33,653 nucleotides of DNA, taken from assembly GCA_946999025.1 (NCBI GenBank), contig CAMQBP010000001.1, forward strand, positions 1 to 33,653, given 5' to 3'. Both the position numbers and the translations under genes were made by a program. Each line of letters opens with the position of its first letter. The stretch's first letter is position 1. Source of the stretch: an uncultured Prevotella sp. (lineage in GTDB: Bacteria; Bacteroidota; Bacteroidia; Bacteroidales; Bacteroidaceae). Positions 9,287-19,700 of the stretch are shown one piece after another. The notes under the pieces were generated by a model that was given only the letters and a program-made list of their open reading frames with translations, did not search any database and was not told the origin of the DNA.

Positions 9287-9970
9287 TTAATATTGTACAG
9301 TGATTTTGCCGCGTACAATGCTGGCTTGTTTATACCCAAGACCTTTCACTTGCTTGAGTATATGAGCCGCTTCTTCATAACTTCGATAGTTACCTACGCG
9401 GCAGATCCATCTTGGAGAATAGAAATGGACGTAAACCGGCTCATTTGGAAAGGTCTGTTTGATGATGTCTCTGGCAGCTTCTGCTCGTTGTCTGTCGGCT
9501 CGCGAGTTGCCTCCAGCATAGACTTGTACACGGTATCCGTTGATCTTATACCCCTTTCGCATCACCTTTTTGCGCAAGTCAATGGTGGGAATCTCCATCT
9601 CATTTGTCGAAGTATCTTCGTTTTGCAGTCGTTTATCTTCATGTCTGGCCGTGGAATCATGTTTCATTTCAGCTCCCTCTTTAGGTTTCTGACCATTCTT
9701 CTCTCCCGGTTTTGATGTTACTGCAGGTATGTTTTGATCCTTTGTTGATGCGACATTTTTTACGTCTTGCGCTTTGTTATCAGTCCTGCCAGTCTGTGTT
9801 GTAGCGGTTTTCGCTTTTCCGTTAACCAATTCGTCGATATCCTTACTCTGGCTAACTTTGACAGATGCTTTTCCTGGTTCCTTCTTCTGAAGATGATCAA
9901 GGAAAGTCTGTGCATCAGCAAATGTTACTGAACAAATGATGATGATGAATAAAGTGACGAATTTCTTCAT
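9287..9970 (-). CDS. Exported SPOR-domain peptidoglycan-binding protein
   Basis: Signal peptide ending ADA-Q; low-complexity K/T/E-rich linker; C-terminal GYRVQVY...RVGNYRSYEEA. Confidence 0.8.
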   Translation of the reverse strand: MKKFVTLFIIIICSVTFADAQTFLDHLQKKEPGKASVKVSQSKDIDELVNGKAKTATTQTGRTDNKAQDVKNVASTKDQNIPAVTSKPGEKNGQKPKEGAEMKHDSTARHEDKRLQNEDTSTNEMEIPTIDLRKKVMRKGYKINGYRVQVYAGGNSRADRQRAEAARDIIKQTFPNEPVYVHFYSPRWICRVGNYRSYEEAAHILKQVKGLGYKQASIVRGKITVQY

Positions 9971-9998
9971 TTTTCTTTGGTGTTAATTCAGGAATATC

Positions 9999-10041
9999 GA
10001 GTGAGACAAAGGTTCTCTATTGGATGGGCTTTGCCTCACTC
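9999..10041 (-). terminator. Stem-loop downstream of tpiA (stabiliser or weak terminator)
   Basis: Minus-strand RNA GAGUGAGGCAAAG...CUUUGUCUCACUC forms a 13-bp stem with one G-U pair; no clear U-tract. Confidence 0.5.
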
Positions 10042-10056
10042 AACATGAGCGGTATC

Positions 10057-10818
10057 TTATTTCTTCCAAGCGTCAATGATGCCCTTGAAGTCGGCACATT
10101 TAAGTGATGCGCCACCAATCAGACCGCCATCGATGTTTTCTTTGGCGAACAATTCTGGCGCATTGCTGGCTTTGCAGCTGCCTCCATACAAGATAGTGGT
10201 GTTCTGAGCCACCTCGTTACCATACTTCTCAGCGACGATTGAACGAATATAGGCATGAATCCCTTCAGCTTGATCAGCTGTTGCAGTCTTTCCAGTACCA
10301 ATAGCCCAGATGGGTTCGTAGGCGATAATGATGTTCTTGAACTCCTCTTCAGAAAGGTTAAATACAGAACCTTCGAGTTCTGCCTTCACCACTTCGTTCT
10401 GCTTGTTGGCCTCGCGTTCCTCTAAAGTTTCGCCAATGCAGAAGATAACCTTCAGGCCATTCTTCAATGCCAACTGCACTTTCTCCTTCAAAATTTCTGG
10501 AGTTTCCTTGTAATATTGACGTCTTTCAGAGTGTCCAAGAATGACATATTGTGCTCCGGTGCTCTTTACCATCTCTGCAGAAACCTCACCTGTGTAGGCT
10601 CCTTTTTCCTTATCGGCACAGTTCTCTGCACCAAGACCTACCAAGTTTTTATCCAATACGTCTGCAACACATGCCAAGTGAATGAACGGTGTGCAGATGA
10701 TAACGCCGCAGTTGGGCTTTTCAGCTACTAATGCTTCATTGATTTCTTTTGCCAAAGCAACACCTTCTTGCAGGTTCAGATTCATCTTCCAGTTGCCTGC
10801 TACGATTTTCTTTCTCAT
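10057..10818 (-). CDS. tpiA: Triosephosphate isomerase
   Basis: [49 protein letters not shown]. Confidence 0.98.
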   Translation of the reverse strand: MRKKIVAGNWKMNLNLQEGVALAKEINEALVAEKPNCGVIICTPFIHLACVADVLDKNLVGLGAENCADKEKGAYTGEVSAEMVKSTGAQYVILGHSERRQYYKETPEILKEKVQLALKNGLKVIFCIGETLEEREANKQNEVVKAELEGSVFNLSEEEFKNIIIAYEPIWAIGTGKTATADQAEGIHAYIRSIVAEKYGNEVAQNTTILYGGSCKASNAPELFAKENIDGGLIGGASLKCADFKGIIDAWKK

Positions 10819-10822
10819 TTTA

Positions 10823-12151
10823 CTATTCTTTTTTTAGAGTTGATTTATTTTCTTTTTCTTTCTTTTGATAACGTTCTTCTTTCTTTTTCTTGAACTTCAA
10901 CCACTGGCTCCAGGCCCAAAGACGATCGGCAATGGTCAGCAACATCAATGGCAGGATGAACCACAAGAAGATTTCTGTTATCCTGGTTGGCACGCTGTTG
11001 ACAGGCATTTGCCCAATCATCTCTTCGTTCAGCGGCCGTTGCATGTCCGCTTCTTTCGGCAAGTCGTTGTGGCTCCATTTCCTAATGATGGTTCCTTTTT
11101 TCAGTAAAAGCAACCCAGGGTTGCTCCTGATGATGGTCTTCAGCGTGGTTTCATCAGTCATGCAGAACGGATATTCGGCACCCGTTAGATCCTGCCAACG
11201 CTTGATGTGCGGCTCGGTACTTGATGTGAGGCAATAAAATGGATAATTGTACGTCTGTGCATACTCGTAAATCCGGTCAATATCGCCAAAGTTTGAATCG
11301 TCCGCATATTCCAGATGAGGCGAGATAAGCAAGAAGGTGTAACTCGTATCGTTCAACACCTCCTGGGTGAGGTCATCTCCCTGTTGGGTTTGTATGCTGA
11401 AGTCGTGTATGGGAGGCACGTACCCTTGCGCCGTCTGAATGGTCTTGCTGTCCACGAATGTCCAAGTAGAATCAGGGTAATTCTCCAATGTAAACTCCTT
11501 GGTTACGCCATTTTTTTTCAGCAAGAACGTCGTTTCAAACTTAGGTAGCTCCGCTCCTTCTGGAATCACCATGCCCTGTTGGATGTTGGCTCCCACATGA
11601 TAAGGCCTGAAATCGAACAGTGGCAGTTTGTAAAGACAATACAGACTGGACACGATGATAAAGAAGATGGTATAGTTGAACACTATCCATTGGTTGGGTC
11701 TTGATATGAAACGCCACATGCGTGTCGGCCAAATGGCCAAGACGATGGCGCAACCCAGCAGCACAATGTTCTTCAACAATGTCTCCGTATTGCTTAGTTT
11801 GATAGCGTCACCAAAGCACCCACAGTCGCTGATGGGATTGGCGATGGCCAACCACAGCGTCACAACTGTCATGATTGCCATGAAGCCTAGCGTGATTTTT
11901 GACACCACTCGCCGCCTGATGGCCAGCAGGATGAACACGCCTAAGCAGAATTCCAAAGCCGACAGAGCCACCGAAGCCCCCAACGTCATCCAGTCGGGAA
12001 CCATGCCTTGCCATGCCAATGCTTCCAGATAGTCTTCTATCTTGTATTGTGTCCCTAATGGGTCAATAGCCTTGACATATCCTGATAGGATGAATGTCAC
12101 CCCCAGGAGCAGGCGGCAAACATTGGTTAATATCGTCTTGAGTCTATTCAC
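10823..12151 (-). CDS. DoxX/MauE-like membrane protein with CGCFG motif and thioredoxin-like soluble domain (BT_3928-like)
   Basis: [45 protein letters not shown] 12151 overlapping the DUF1599 stop is the likely start. Confidence 0.75.
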   Translation of the reverse strand: MNRLKTILTNVCRLLLGVTFILSGYVKAIDPLGTQYKIEDYLEALAWQGMVPDWMTLGASVALSALEFCLGVFILLAIRRRVVSKITLGFMAIMTVVTLWLAIANPISDCGCFGDAIKLSNTETLLKNIVLLGCAIVLAIWPTRMWRFISRPNQWIVFNYTIFFIIVSSLYCLYKLPLFDFRPYHVGANIQQGMVIPEGAELPKFETTFLLKKNGVTKEFTLENYPDSTWTFVDSKTIQTAQGYVPPIHDFSIQTQQGDDLTQEVLNDTSYTFLLISPHLEYADDSNFGDIDRIYEYAQTYNYPFYCLTSSTEPHIKRWQDLTGAEYPFCMTDETTLKTIIRSNPGLLLLKKGTIIRKWSHNDLPKEADMQRPLNEEMIGQMPVNSVPTRITEIFLWFILPLMLLTIADRLWAWSQWLKFKKKKEERYQKKEKENKSTLKKE

Positions 12152-12686
12152 TGAGCCTGATAACACCGAAGACAGCGTAGTTGATGATGTCCATCAAATT
12201 GGAGTCGATGCCCTCAGAAACGAGTGCCTGTCCATGGATGTCTTCCAGTTCTTTGATTCGTTGTATCTTTGTCAAGATGAAGTCTGTGTAGCTGCTCACG
12301 CGCATCGAGCGCCACGCCTCATCGTAGTCGTGGTTTTTTTTCACCATCAGTGTGAGCGCTTCGCTCGCATGTCGGTCGTACAGTGCCATGGCCTGCTCGG
12401 TGTTGATGTCTATTTCGTCAACGAACCCCTTCTCCAGTTGAATCAGTCCCACGATGCCATAGTTAATCAAGGCCATGAATTCCGGGCGGATGCCTTCGTC
12501 TATCATGGCTTGTTTCTTGATTTCCAACGAGCGTATGCGCTTGGCTTTGATGAACAGCTGGTCTGTCAATGACGACGGACGCAGAATGCGCCACGACGCA
12601 CTGTAATCGTGAAGTTTCTTCTCAAAGAGCGTGCGACATTCGGTCAGCACCTTCTTGAACTGCTCTTCTGTCTTCGTATTGTTCAT
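12144..12686 (-). CDS. DUF1599 domain protein (two tandem copies)
   Basis: Repeats KKLHDYSASWR..R.SS.TD...K..RI...E and KKNHDYDEAWR..R.SS.TD...K..RI...E, each ending INY; ATG 12686. Confidence 0.85.
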   Translation of the reverse strand: MNNTKTEEQFKKVLTECRTLFEKKLHDYSASWRILRPSSLTDQLFIKAKRIRSLEIKKQAMIDEGIRPEFMALINYGIVGLIQLEKGFVDEIDINTEQAMALYDRHASEALTLMVKKNHDYDEAWRSMRVSSYTDFILTKIQRIKELEDIHGQALVSEGIDSNLMDIINYAVFGVIRLSE

Positions 12687-12698
12687 ATTTATTGTTTG

Positions 12699-12706
12699 CA
12701 AAATTA
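12699..12706 (-). promoter_or_regulatory. -7 promoter element for the DUF1599-tpiA-folE run
   Basis: Minus strand TAATTTTG followed by CA just upstream of ATG 12686. Confidence 0.6.
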
Positions 12707-12792
12707 GTCAATTCTCATGAAATATCCAAAGGAAGTGGATGTCGATTTTTTGCTAACACACATGTGCTGTATGGGTTGACAGGCTCCAAACG

Positions 12793-12845
12793 AAAAAAAT
12801 GAAGAATCGCTTTGCGGGGTTATCTCTCGCCAGTCGTTCTTCATT
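12793..12845 (-). terminator. Probable intrinsic terminator of the lipoprotein gene
   Basis: AATGAAGAA (12798-12806) and TTCTTCATT (12837-12845) inverted arms; on the minus strand the stem runs into a T tract. Confidence 0.5.
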
Positions 12846-12896
12846 CTCTGTCCTTTGCGCAACCATCCAGGTTGCATGACGTGTCGGAAACCTGTG

Positions 12897-13307
12897 CTAC
12901 AGACCCTGTTTCTGCCGCATCCTAATCATTCGCACCACGCCGCACATGGCCTCATAGCGTGCCTTCAGCGAGTCGCGTTCCATCCTCATCATGTTAGCTT
13001 TGTACAGATTCGATTCCATGGGGATGCTTCTCAAGACGGTTTGTAGTGCCGAGTCGGTCTGGGCAATGTCAGCCTGCGCCTGCTTCAAGGAGGCGTCTTG
13101 CCAAATGCGTAGGGCTTCCTTGCGGCTCTCTATGGCTTTGGGAAACTGCATGCGCAGCGCCATGATGGAGTCGAGTGCTTCGTTATAGCAACCGTCCTTA
13201 TATAAGGTCTTAATCTGGGAGAGCAATCTTGCTGCTTTTTCGTCTTCAGATGGTGTGCACGAACAGATGAGAAGCGTGCACAGAATCAACCACATATATT
13301 TCTTCAT
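12897..13307 (-). CDS. Hypothetical alpha-helical lipoprotein with TPR-like first hairpin
   Basis: MKK plus hydrophobic stretch and ICSC lipobox; A..LL......Y..G.Y.EA...I..L...FP pattern; own promoter. Confidence 0.65.
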   Translation of the reverse strand: MKKYMWLILCTLLICSCTPSEDEKAARLLSQIKTLYKDGCYNEALDSIMALRMQFPKAIESRKEALRIWQDASLKQAQADIAQTDSALQTVLRSIPMESNLYKANMMRMERDSLKARYEAMCGVVRMIRMRQKQGL

Positions 13308-13311
13308 GTCG

Positions 13312-13371
13312 CAAAAATACGATTTTTCTCTTTTATAGCACCCAAAACATGGCTAATTTTTAGTAACTTTG
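13312..13371. promoter_or_regulatory. Divergent -7 promoter pair
   Basis: TATTTTTG on minus (13319-13312) and TAACTTTG on plus (13364-13371), both followed by C. Confidence 0.65.
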
Positions 13372-13401
13372 CAGCCACTTAAGAAGTTTTATAGTTTCAA
13401 C

Positions 13402-14838
13402 ATGCGTAATCTCTCCAATGCCGACTTGGCTCATCTCCTTGATCAACCTATCTTTCATCACCTATCCGCTGTGGCCGATGCCTTGCAGCTGGAATGCTAT
13501 GTAGTGGGTGGCTATGTTCGCGACCTTTTTCTCGAACGACCGTCCAACGACATCGACGTGGTGGTGGTGGGCAGCGGCATTAAAGTGGCTGAGGCCTTGA
13601 AGCAGCGACTGGGCAAGCAAGCACATCTGTCGGTATTTCGCAATTTTGGAACGGCTCAGGTGAAGTATCGGGGAATGGAAGTGGAGTTCGTTGGTGCGCG
13701 AAAAGAAAGCTACAGCCACGATTCACGCAAGCCCGTGGTGGAGGATGGCACCTTGGAGGACGACCAAAACCGACGTGATTTCACCATCAACGCCATGGCT
13801 GTCTGCCTCAACGAGGCGCGCTTTGGTGAGTTGGTCGATCCCTTTGACGGTCTTTTAGACCTGGAAGACGGCATTATTCGCACGCCGCTCGACCCCGACA
13901 TCACTTTCTCTGACGATCCATTGCGCATGATGCGCTGCGTGCGTTTCGCCACACAATTGAAGTTTTTCATCGAGGACGAAACCTTTGAGGCATTGCAGCG
14001 CAACAGAGAACGCATCAAGATTGTGAGTGGCGAACGTATCGCCGACGAGCTGAACAAAATCATGATGACCAACCAACCCAGTCGGGGATTCGTAGAACTG
14101 CATCGCTGTGGACTGCTCGAACTCATCTTGCCTGAGTTCACCCTCATGGACATCGTGGAAACAAGGAACGGCAGAGCGCATAAAAACAATTTCTATCATA
14201 CCCTGGAGGTGGTTGATAACATTTGCCAACATACCGACAACTTGTGGCTTCGGTGGGCGGCTTTGTTCCATGACATCGGAAAACCACGCAGCAAAAGGTG
14301 GGACGTACAGGCCGGATGGACGTTCCATAACCATAATTACATTGGCTCCAAGATGATTCCAGGCATCTTCAGACGGCTTAAATTCCCCATGGACAGCAAG
14401 ATGAAGTATGTGCAAAAGATGGTTGATATGCACATGCGTCCCATCGCCATCGCCGATGAAGAGGTGACCGACAGTGCCGTTCGTCGCTTGATGAACGATG
14501 CCGGTGACGACATCGACGGCCTCATGACGCTGTGCGAAGCCGACATTACCAGTAAAAACGCACAGCGCAAACAGCGGTTCTTGGACAACTTTCGCATGGT
14601 ACGCGAGAAGCTGGATGACCTGAAAGAACGCGACTACAAGCGTCTGTTGCAGCCTTGCATCGACGGAAACGAAATCATGGAGATGTTCCACTTGCAGCCA
14701 TCGCGCGAGGTGGGAACGCTGAAGCAGGCCTTGAAAGATGCGGTGCTTGATAACAAGGTGCCCAACGAACGCGAACCATTGATGGCTCTTTTGATTGAAA
14801 AAGCCAAAAAAATGGGGTTGGACATCCCTCAAAAATAG
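13402..14838 (+). CDS. cca: CCA tRNA nucleotidyltransferase with HD domain
   Basis: VVGGYVRD, DIDV, RRDFTINAM, DDPLR, SGERI, FHDIGK; lacks the G[RK][RK]F poly(A) polymerase signature; ATG 13402. Confidence 0.85.
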   Translation: MRNLSNADLAHLLDQPIFHHLSAVADALQLECYVVGGYVRDLFLERPSNDIDVVVVGSGIKVAEALKQRLGKQAHLSVFRNFGTAQVKYRGMEVEFVGARKESYSHDSRKPVVEDGTLEDDQNRRDFTINAMAVCLNEARFGELVDPFDGLLDLEDGIIRTPLDPDITFSDDPLRMMRCVRFATQLKFFIEDETFEALQRNRERIKIVSGERIADELNKIMMTNQPSRGFVELHRCGLLELILPEFTLMDIVETRNGRAHKNNFYHTLEVVDNICQHTDNLWLRWAALFHDIGKPRSKRWDVQAGWTFHNHNYIGSKMIPGIFRRLKFPMDSKMKYVQKMVDMHMRPIAIADEEVTDSAVRRLMNDAGDDIDGLMTLCEADITSKNAQRKQRFLDNFRMVREKLDDLKERDYKRLLQPCIDGNEIMEMFHLQPSREVGTLKQALKDAVLDNKVPNEREPLMALLIEKAKKMGLDIPQK

Positions 14839-14852
14839 GAGTGAAGAAACTG

Positions 14853-15215
14853 CGGTTTTGTCAATATTTTTGGTCATTTCAAAACTTGCATTTTAGAAAA
14901 AATCCAGCCAATTTTAGCAACAAAAATCACTTTCTGATGCCCTTGTTTGGCCAAAAGCATTGACCTTGGTCTTCTATAGCATGCTTTTTGCACCTGAAAA
15001 GCATGTCCGTTGCTGGTAAAAAGCAATGCTCTTGCCGTGCAATATGATTGCTTTTGAGATGACGTTCATAGGGAATTAAGCAGGAAGTTGCTGTGGGTGA
15101 AGCATATACAAAATTCGCGTATTTTCGACCACCGAGGCACTTGCTTGCAAATACGCGAGTATTTGAGCCGGTTTGCAAGATTTTTCAACATCCCAGGCAA
15201 CCCGTTTTTGACATC
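14853..15215 (-). repeat. Dispersed composite intergenic element, copy C (inverted)
   Basis: Perfect 10-bp IR TCGCGTATTT (15115-15124)/AAATACGCGA (15149-15158) containing CGTATT-N26-AATACG; 22-bp units at 14953-15062; reverse strand TGAAAAATCTTGCAAA...ACTCGCGTATT aligns with copy B. Boundaries approximate. Confidence 0.7.
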
Positions 15216-15411
15216 TTGGTTGGGGTAAGATGGCGTCGATGCCGAGGCACATTTTCATCTTTCTCCTATCCGCTTGATGTGCGTGTTTTTGAATTTTGGA
15301 TCCAATGAAGAATGTTTGCATCCGCTTGATGTAAATCCTCTATTTTCGTTATTTGCAGATAATATATGTTAAATGTAAGTGGTATTGATGCCAAAGTGAG
15401 AAAAAATCATG

Positions 15412-15419
15412 TAAATTTG
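15412..15419 (+). promoter_or_regulatory. -7 promoter element for the RND operon
   Basis: TAAATTTG followed by CA, about 70 nt upstream of ATG 15488. Confidence 0.6.
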
Positions 15420-15487
15420 CATGACAAAAACTTATGGCTTACAATAGTTTTCGATTAGGTTCTAATCGTATGTTTTTTTGAGAAAGA

Positions 15488-16705
15488 ATGAAAAATAATA
15501 GATTATATAAAGGTATGAGACAAAAAAGTATGTTTTTGTTTGCAGCCATGGCTGCACTCTTGGTTTCATGTGGCGGTAGACCCAACATGAAATTCGGTGA
15601 CAACGAATACCCTGTCACGCAAATCAAGTCGACGGGTTCTACAACCCAGACCACTTATCCGGCCGTGATCAAGGGTATTCAAGATGTTGAGATTCGGCCG
15701 AAGGTATCGGGATTCATTACAAAACTGAACGTGAAAGAGGGCCAAACCGTAGGCAAGGGGCAGGTGTTGTTCGTGATAGACAACAGTACTTATCAGGCAT
15801 CGGTTCGCCAAGCGCAGGCTGCCGTGAACTCAGCCAAGTCGCAACTCAACACCGCTAAGTTGACCTACGAGAACAGCGAGCAGTTGTTCAAGAGCAATGT
15901 CATTGGCCAATACGAATTACAATCAGCTCAAAACACTTACGCAACGGCCCAGGCAGCGGTGGCTCAGGCACAAGCTGCGCTGGCTTCGGCGAAGGAGATG
16001 CTGAGCTTTTGTTATGTGAAGAGTCCGGCGGCAGGTGTTGTTGGCAGCCTTCCCTTCAAGGTGGGAGCCTTGGTCAGCGCTTCAAGTCCCACGCCGTTGA
16101 CCACCGTTTCCAACAACAGCACCATGGAGGTTTACTTCTCCATGACAGAAAAAGATGTGTTGGAAATGACCAAGACATCGGGCAACATGTCGGCTGTCAT
16201 TGCGTCGATGCCAGCGGTAAAATTGCAGATGGCCGATGGCACCATCTACAACCAGCCTGGTAAGGTGGTGAAGATGAGTGGTGTGATAGACCAAACTACG
16301 GGTACCTTGACGCTGATTGCACATTTCAATAATCCAGATCGGTTGTTGAAGAGTGGCGGATCGGGCTCTATCGTCGTACCACGGATAAGCAACCACGCCA
16401 TCGTTATTCCACAGTCGTATGCAACTGAGGTGCAGGATAAGATTTTTGTGTATACGGTTGGCAAGGACAACAAAGCCAAGTACACGGAAATTAAGGTGGC
16501 TCCGCAAAACGATGGACAAAACTATATCGTGACAGAGGGACTGAAAGTGGGCGACCGCATCGTTACCAATGGCATCACAAAGTTGAGCGATGGCATGGAA
16601 ATCAAGCCCATCACGCAGGCACAGTATGCCAAGAAGATAGCTGATGCAGAGAAGCTTGGCGAGATTCAGGGTGACTACGGAAAGATGAAAGAGGCTTTTA
16701 AATAA
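15488..16705 (+). CDS. RND efflux periplasmic adaptor (MFP, AcrA-like) lipoprotein
   Basis: Lipobox LVSC; VEIRPKVSG, VKEGQTV.KGQ.LF, coiled-coil hairpin, VKSPAAG, GLKVGD. True start may be 15515. Confidence 0.92.
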   Translation: MKNNRLYKGMRQKSMFLFAAMAALLVSCGGRPNMKFGDNEYPVTQIKSTGSTTQTTYPAVIKGIQDVEIRPKVSGFITKLNVKEGQTVGKGQVLFVIDNSTYQASVRQAQAAVNSAKSQLNTAKLTYENSEQLFKSNVIGQYELQSAQNTYATAQAAVAQAQAALASAKEMLSFCYVKSPAAGVVGSLPFKVGALVSASSPTPLTTVSNNSTMEVYFSMTEKDVLEMTKTSGNMSAVIASMPAVKLQMADGTIYNQPGKVVKMSGVIDQTTGTLTLIAHFNNPDRLLKSGGSGSIVVPRISNHAIVIPQSYATEVQDKIFVYTVGKDNKAKYTEIKVAPQNDGQNYIVTEGLKVGDRIVTNGITKLSDGMEIKPITQAQYAKKIADAEKLGEIQGDYGKMKEAFK

Positions 16706-16782
16706 AGGCACTTTTGATGGGTTGGGGTGAGAACCGGCCTGTCATGAGTGCTGAAAAGTAAGCGAGAAAACAACAACGAATT

Positions 16783-19700
16783 ATGACATTTACAAAATTT
16801 ATCAAGCGACCGGTATTGTCAACGGTGATCTCCGTGGTCATCGTGATCTTGGGATTCATCGGACTGTCCACGCTTCCCATCGAGCAATATCCGGATATAG
16901 CACCACCAACCATTTCGGTATGGACCAGTTACATCGGCGCAGATGCTGAGACGGTGAAGAACTCTGTGCTCGCTCCCCTTGAGGAAAGCATCAACGGAGT
17001 GGAGAACATGGAGTACATGACCTCGCGGGCTACCAACGCTGGTGGGGCGCAAATTACCATTTATTTTCGTCAGGGAACAAATCCAGACATGTGTGCTGTC
17101 AACGTGCAGAACCGCGTTTCGCAGGCTCAAGCCTTGCTGCCGGCAGAGGTGAACCGCGTGGGTGTGACCGTATCCAAGCGTCAAACCTCGCAGGTGTTGA
17201 TGTACACGCTGACGTCAGAGGGTGGCAAATACGATGATAGGTTTTTAACCAACTACAACAACATCAACATCATTCCAGCCATCAAGCGTGTTCAAGGCGT
17301 GGGTGACGTGCAGAGCCCGGGTATGAAGACCTACTCCATGCGTATCTGGTTGAAGCCTGATGTGATGAAACAGTATGGCTTGATGCCATCTGACATCGCT
17401 GGCGCGTTGGCCGAACAAAACGTAGAGGCTGCTCCTGGTTCGTTCGGTGAACAGAGCAACATGGCCTACGAGTATGTGATGCGCTATAAAGGTCGTCTGA
17501 AAACGGCCGACGAATTTGGCAACATTATCTTGCACAGTACGCAGACCGGGCAGACCCTGAAGTTGAAAGATGTGGCAAAGATAGAACTTGGGGGATTGAC
17601 TTATGCCGTGAGCATGCGCAACAACAACCAACCATCGTCCATGGGTATGGTTCAACAAATTGCGGGTTCGAACGCCAACGACATTGCTAAAGCGGTGAAA
17701 GCTGAATTGGAAAATCAGGCAAAGAACTTCCCGCCGGGCATGGAATACAAGATTAACTATGATGTGACCGAATTCCTTTACGCCTCTATCGCAGAGGTTC
17801 TCAAGACATTGGTCATTACCCTGCTGCTGGTATTCTTGGTGGTTTACATCTTTTTACAGGACTTCCGTTCTACCTTAATTCCGATGATTGCCGTTCCGGT
17901 GTCGCTGATTGGAACGTTCTTCTTCTTGCAAATTTTCGGATTCTCCATCAACTTGCTGACGCTGTCGGCCCTATTGCTGGCGATAGCCATCGTGGTTGAC
18001 GATGCCATCGTGGTGGTTGAGGCCGTGCATGCCAAGTTGGATTTGGGGTATAAAAGTGCTTTGACGGCCAGCATTGATGCGATGAACGAGATTGCGGGCG
18101 CCATTATTTCCATCACGTTGGTGATGGCTGCGGTATTCGTTCCGGTGTCGTTCATCGGTGGAACATCAGGAACGTTCTACCGAGAGTTTGGTGTGACCAT
18201 GGCGGTGTCAATCATCATATCGGCCCTGAACGCCTTAACGCTCTCGCCGGCATTGTGTGCCATCTTCCTGAAACCAAAGAATGAGGATGGAACCGAGCGC
18301 AAGATGAGTAGGATAGACCGTTTTCATGCGTCGTTTAACACCAGTTATGAGAAGGTTTTGGGCAAATACAAAAATCGATTGCAAAAGCTGGTTAGGAAGC
18401 CTGTTCTCACGGGCATCTTCATCGTGGTGGGTGCAATAGCCTTGCTCTTGACCATGAAAACAACCAAAACAGGATTGGTTCCGGATGAAGATACGGGTAC
18501 GCTGTTCTGTACGGTTTCTATGCCTCCGGCAACAAGTGCGGTGCGCACGCAGCAGGTGATAGACCAGGTTGATGCCATGTTGGCCAGCAATCCGGCCATT
18601 CAGAGCCGCGAACAGCTGCAAGGATACAACTTCATTGCCGGGCAAGGGTCTGACCAAGCAACCTTTATTATCAAGTTGAAGCCTTTCAGTGAGCGTAACA
18701 TGGGGCAAAGTGCCATGGCGGTTTTAGGCATGATATACAAGCAGACAGCTCAGATAAAGGATGCTCAAATCTTGGCATTCGCACCTCCTATGATTCCTGG
18801 TTTTGCCTTAAGTAACGGTGTTTCCTTAGTGTTGCAGGACAAAACTGGTGGCGATTTGAATAAATTCTTCCAAGTAACCAAGGCTTATTTGGCCGAATTG
18901 AACAAGCGTCCAGAGATACAAATGGCCATGACCTCGTACAATCCAAACTATCCTCAGTATCTGATTGATGTGGATGTGGCTAAATGTAAGCAGGCAGGCA
19001 TATCTCCTGCCACCGTTTTGAGTACGCTTCAGGGATATTACGGCGGCATGTACGCCTCTAACTTCAATGCATACGGCAAGCTGTATCGTGTCATGATTCA
19101 GGGTGATGTGTCCAGTCGTGAGCGTCCGGAAGGTCTGAATGATATCTATGTTCGTACACCTGGCGGCATGGCACCCGTGCAAAGTTTCATTTCGATGAAA
19201 CGTGTTTTCGGCCCATCAAACATCAATCGGTTCAACATGTTTACGAGCATCAACGTACAGGTAACGCTGAATAGCGGTTATTCCACAGGTGAAGCCATTC
19301 AGGCCATCAAGGAAGTTGCTGCGACAGACTTACCTCAAGGTTACGGATACGACTTCTCTGGCTTGTCAAGGTCAGAGAGTGAGTCGAGCAACGTCACTGG
19401 CATAATATTTGTATTGTGCTTCTTATTCGTGTATTTGATATTGGCAGCGCAATACGAAAGTTACCTGTTGCCCTTCGCAGTTATCCTCTCTATACCGTTT
19501 GGATTGGCGGGTGCTTTCCTCTTTACACAGTTGTTTGGTCACAACAATGACATCTACATGCAGATTTCTCTGATTATGTTGATTGGTTTGTTGGCCAAGA
19601 ATGCCATTTTGATTGTGCAGTTTGCACTTGAAAGACGACGCACCGGTATGGCTATCACATGGTCTGCTATTCTCGGATCGGGTGCTCGTTTGCGACCCAT

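Noticed and set aside
13402..14838. Poly(A) polymerase assignment
   Set aside because: Lacks the PAP-specific G[RK][RK]F signature and has an HD domain typical of CCA enzymes.
13855..14877. 340-aa minus-strand ORF and other long antisense ORFs (e.g. 16082..16711, 23131..23772, 25960..26583, 29212..29868)
   Set aside because: They lie opposite well-supported genes and have no family motifs; typical shadow ORFs.
15132..15250. CCGAGGCAC repeated at 15132 and 15242 as a possible target-site duplication
   Set aside because: One copy is inside the IR spacer, so the pair does not flank the element; no equivalent in copies A or B.
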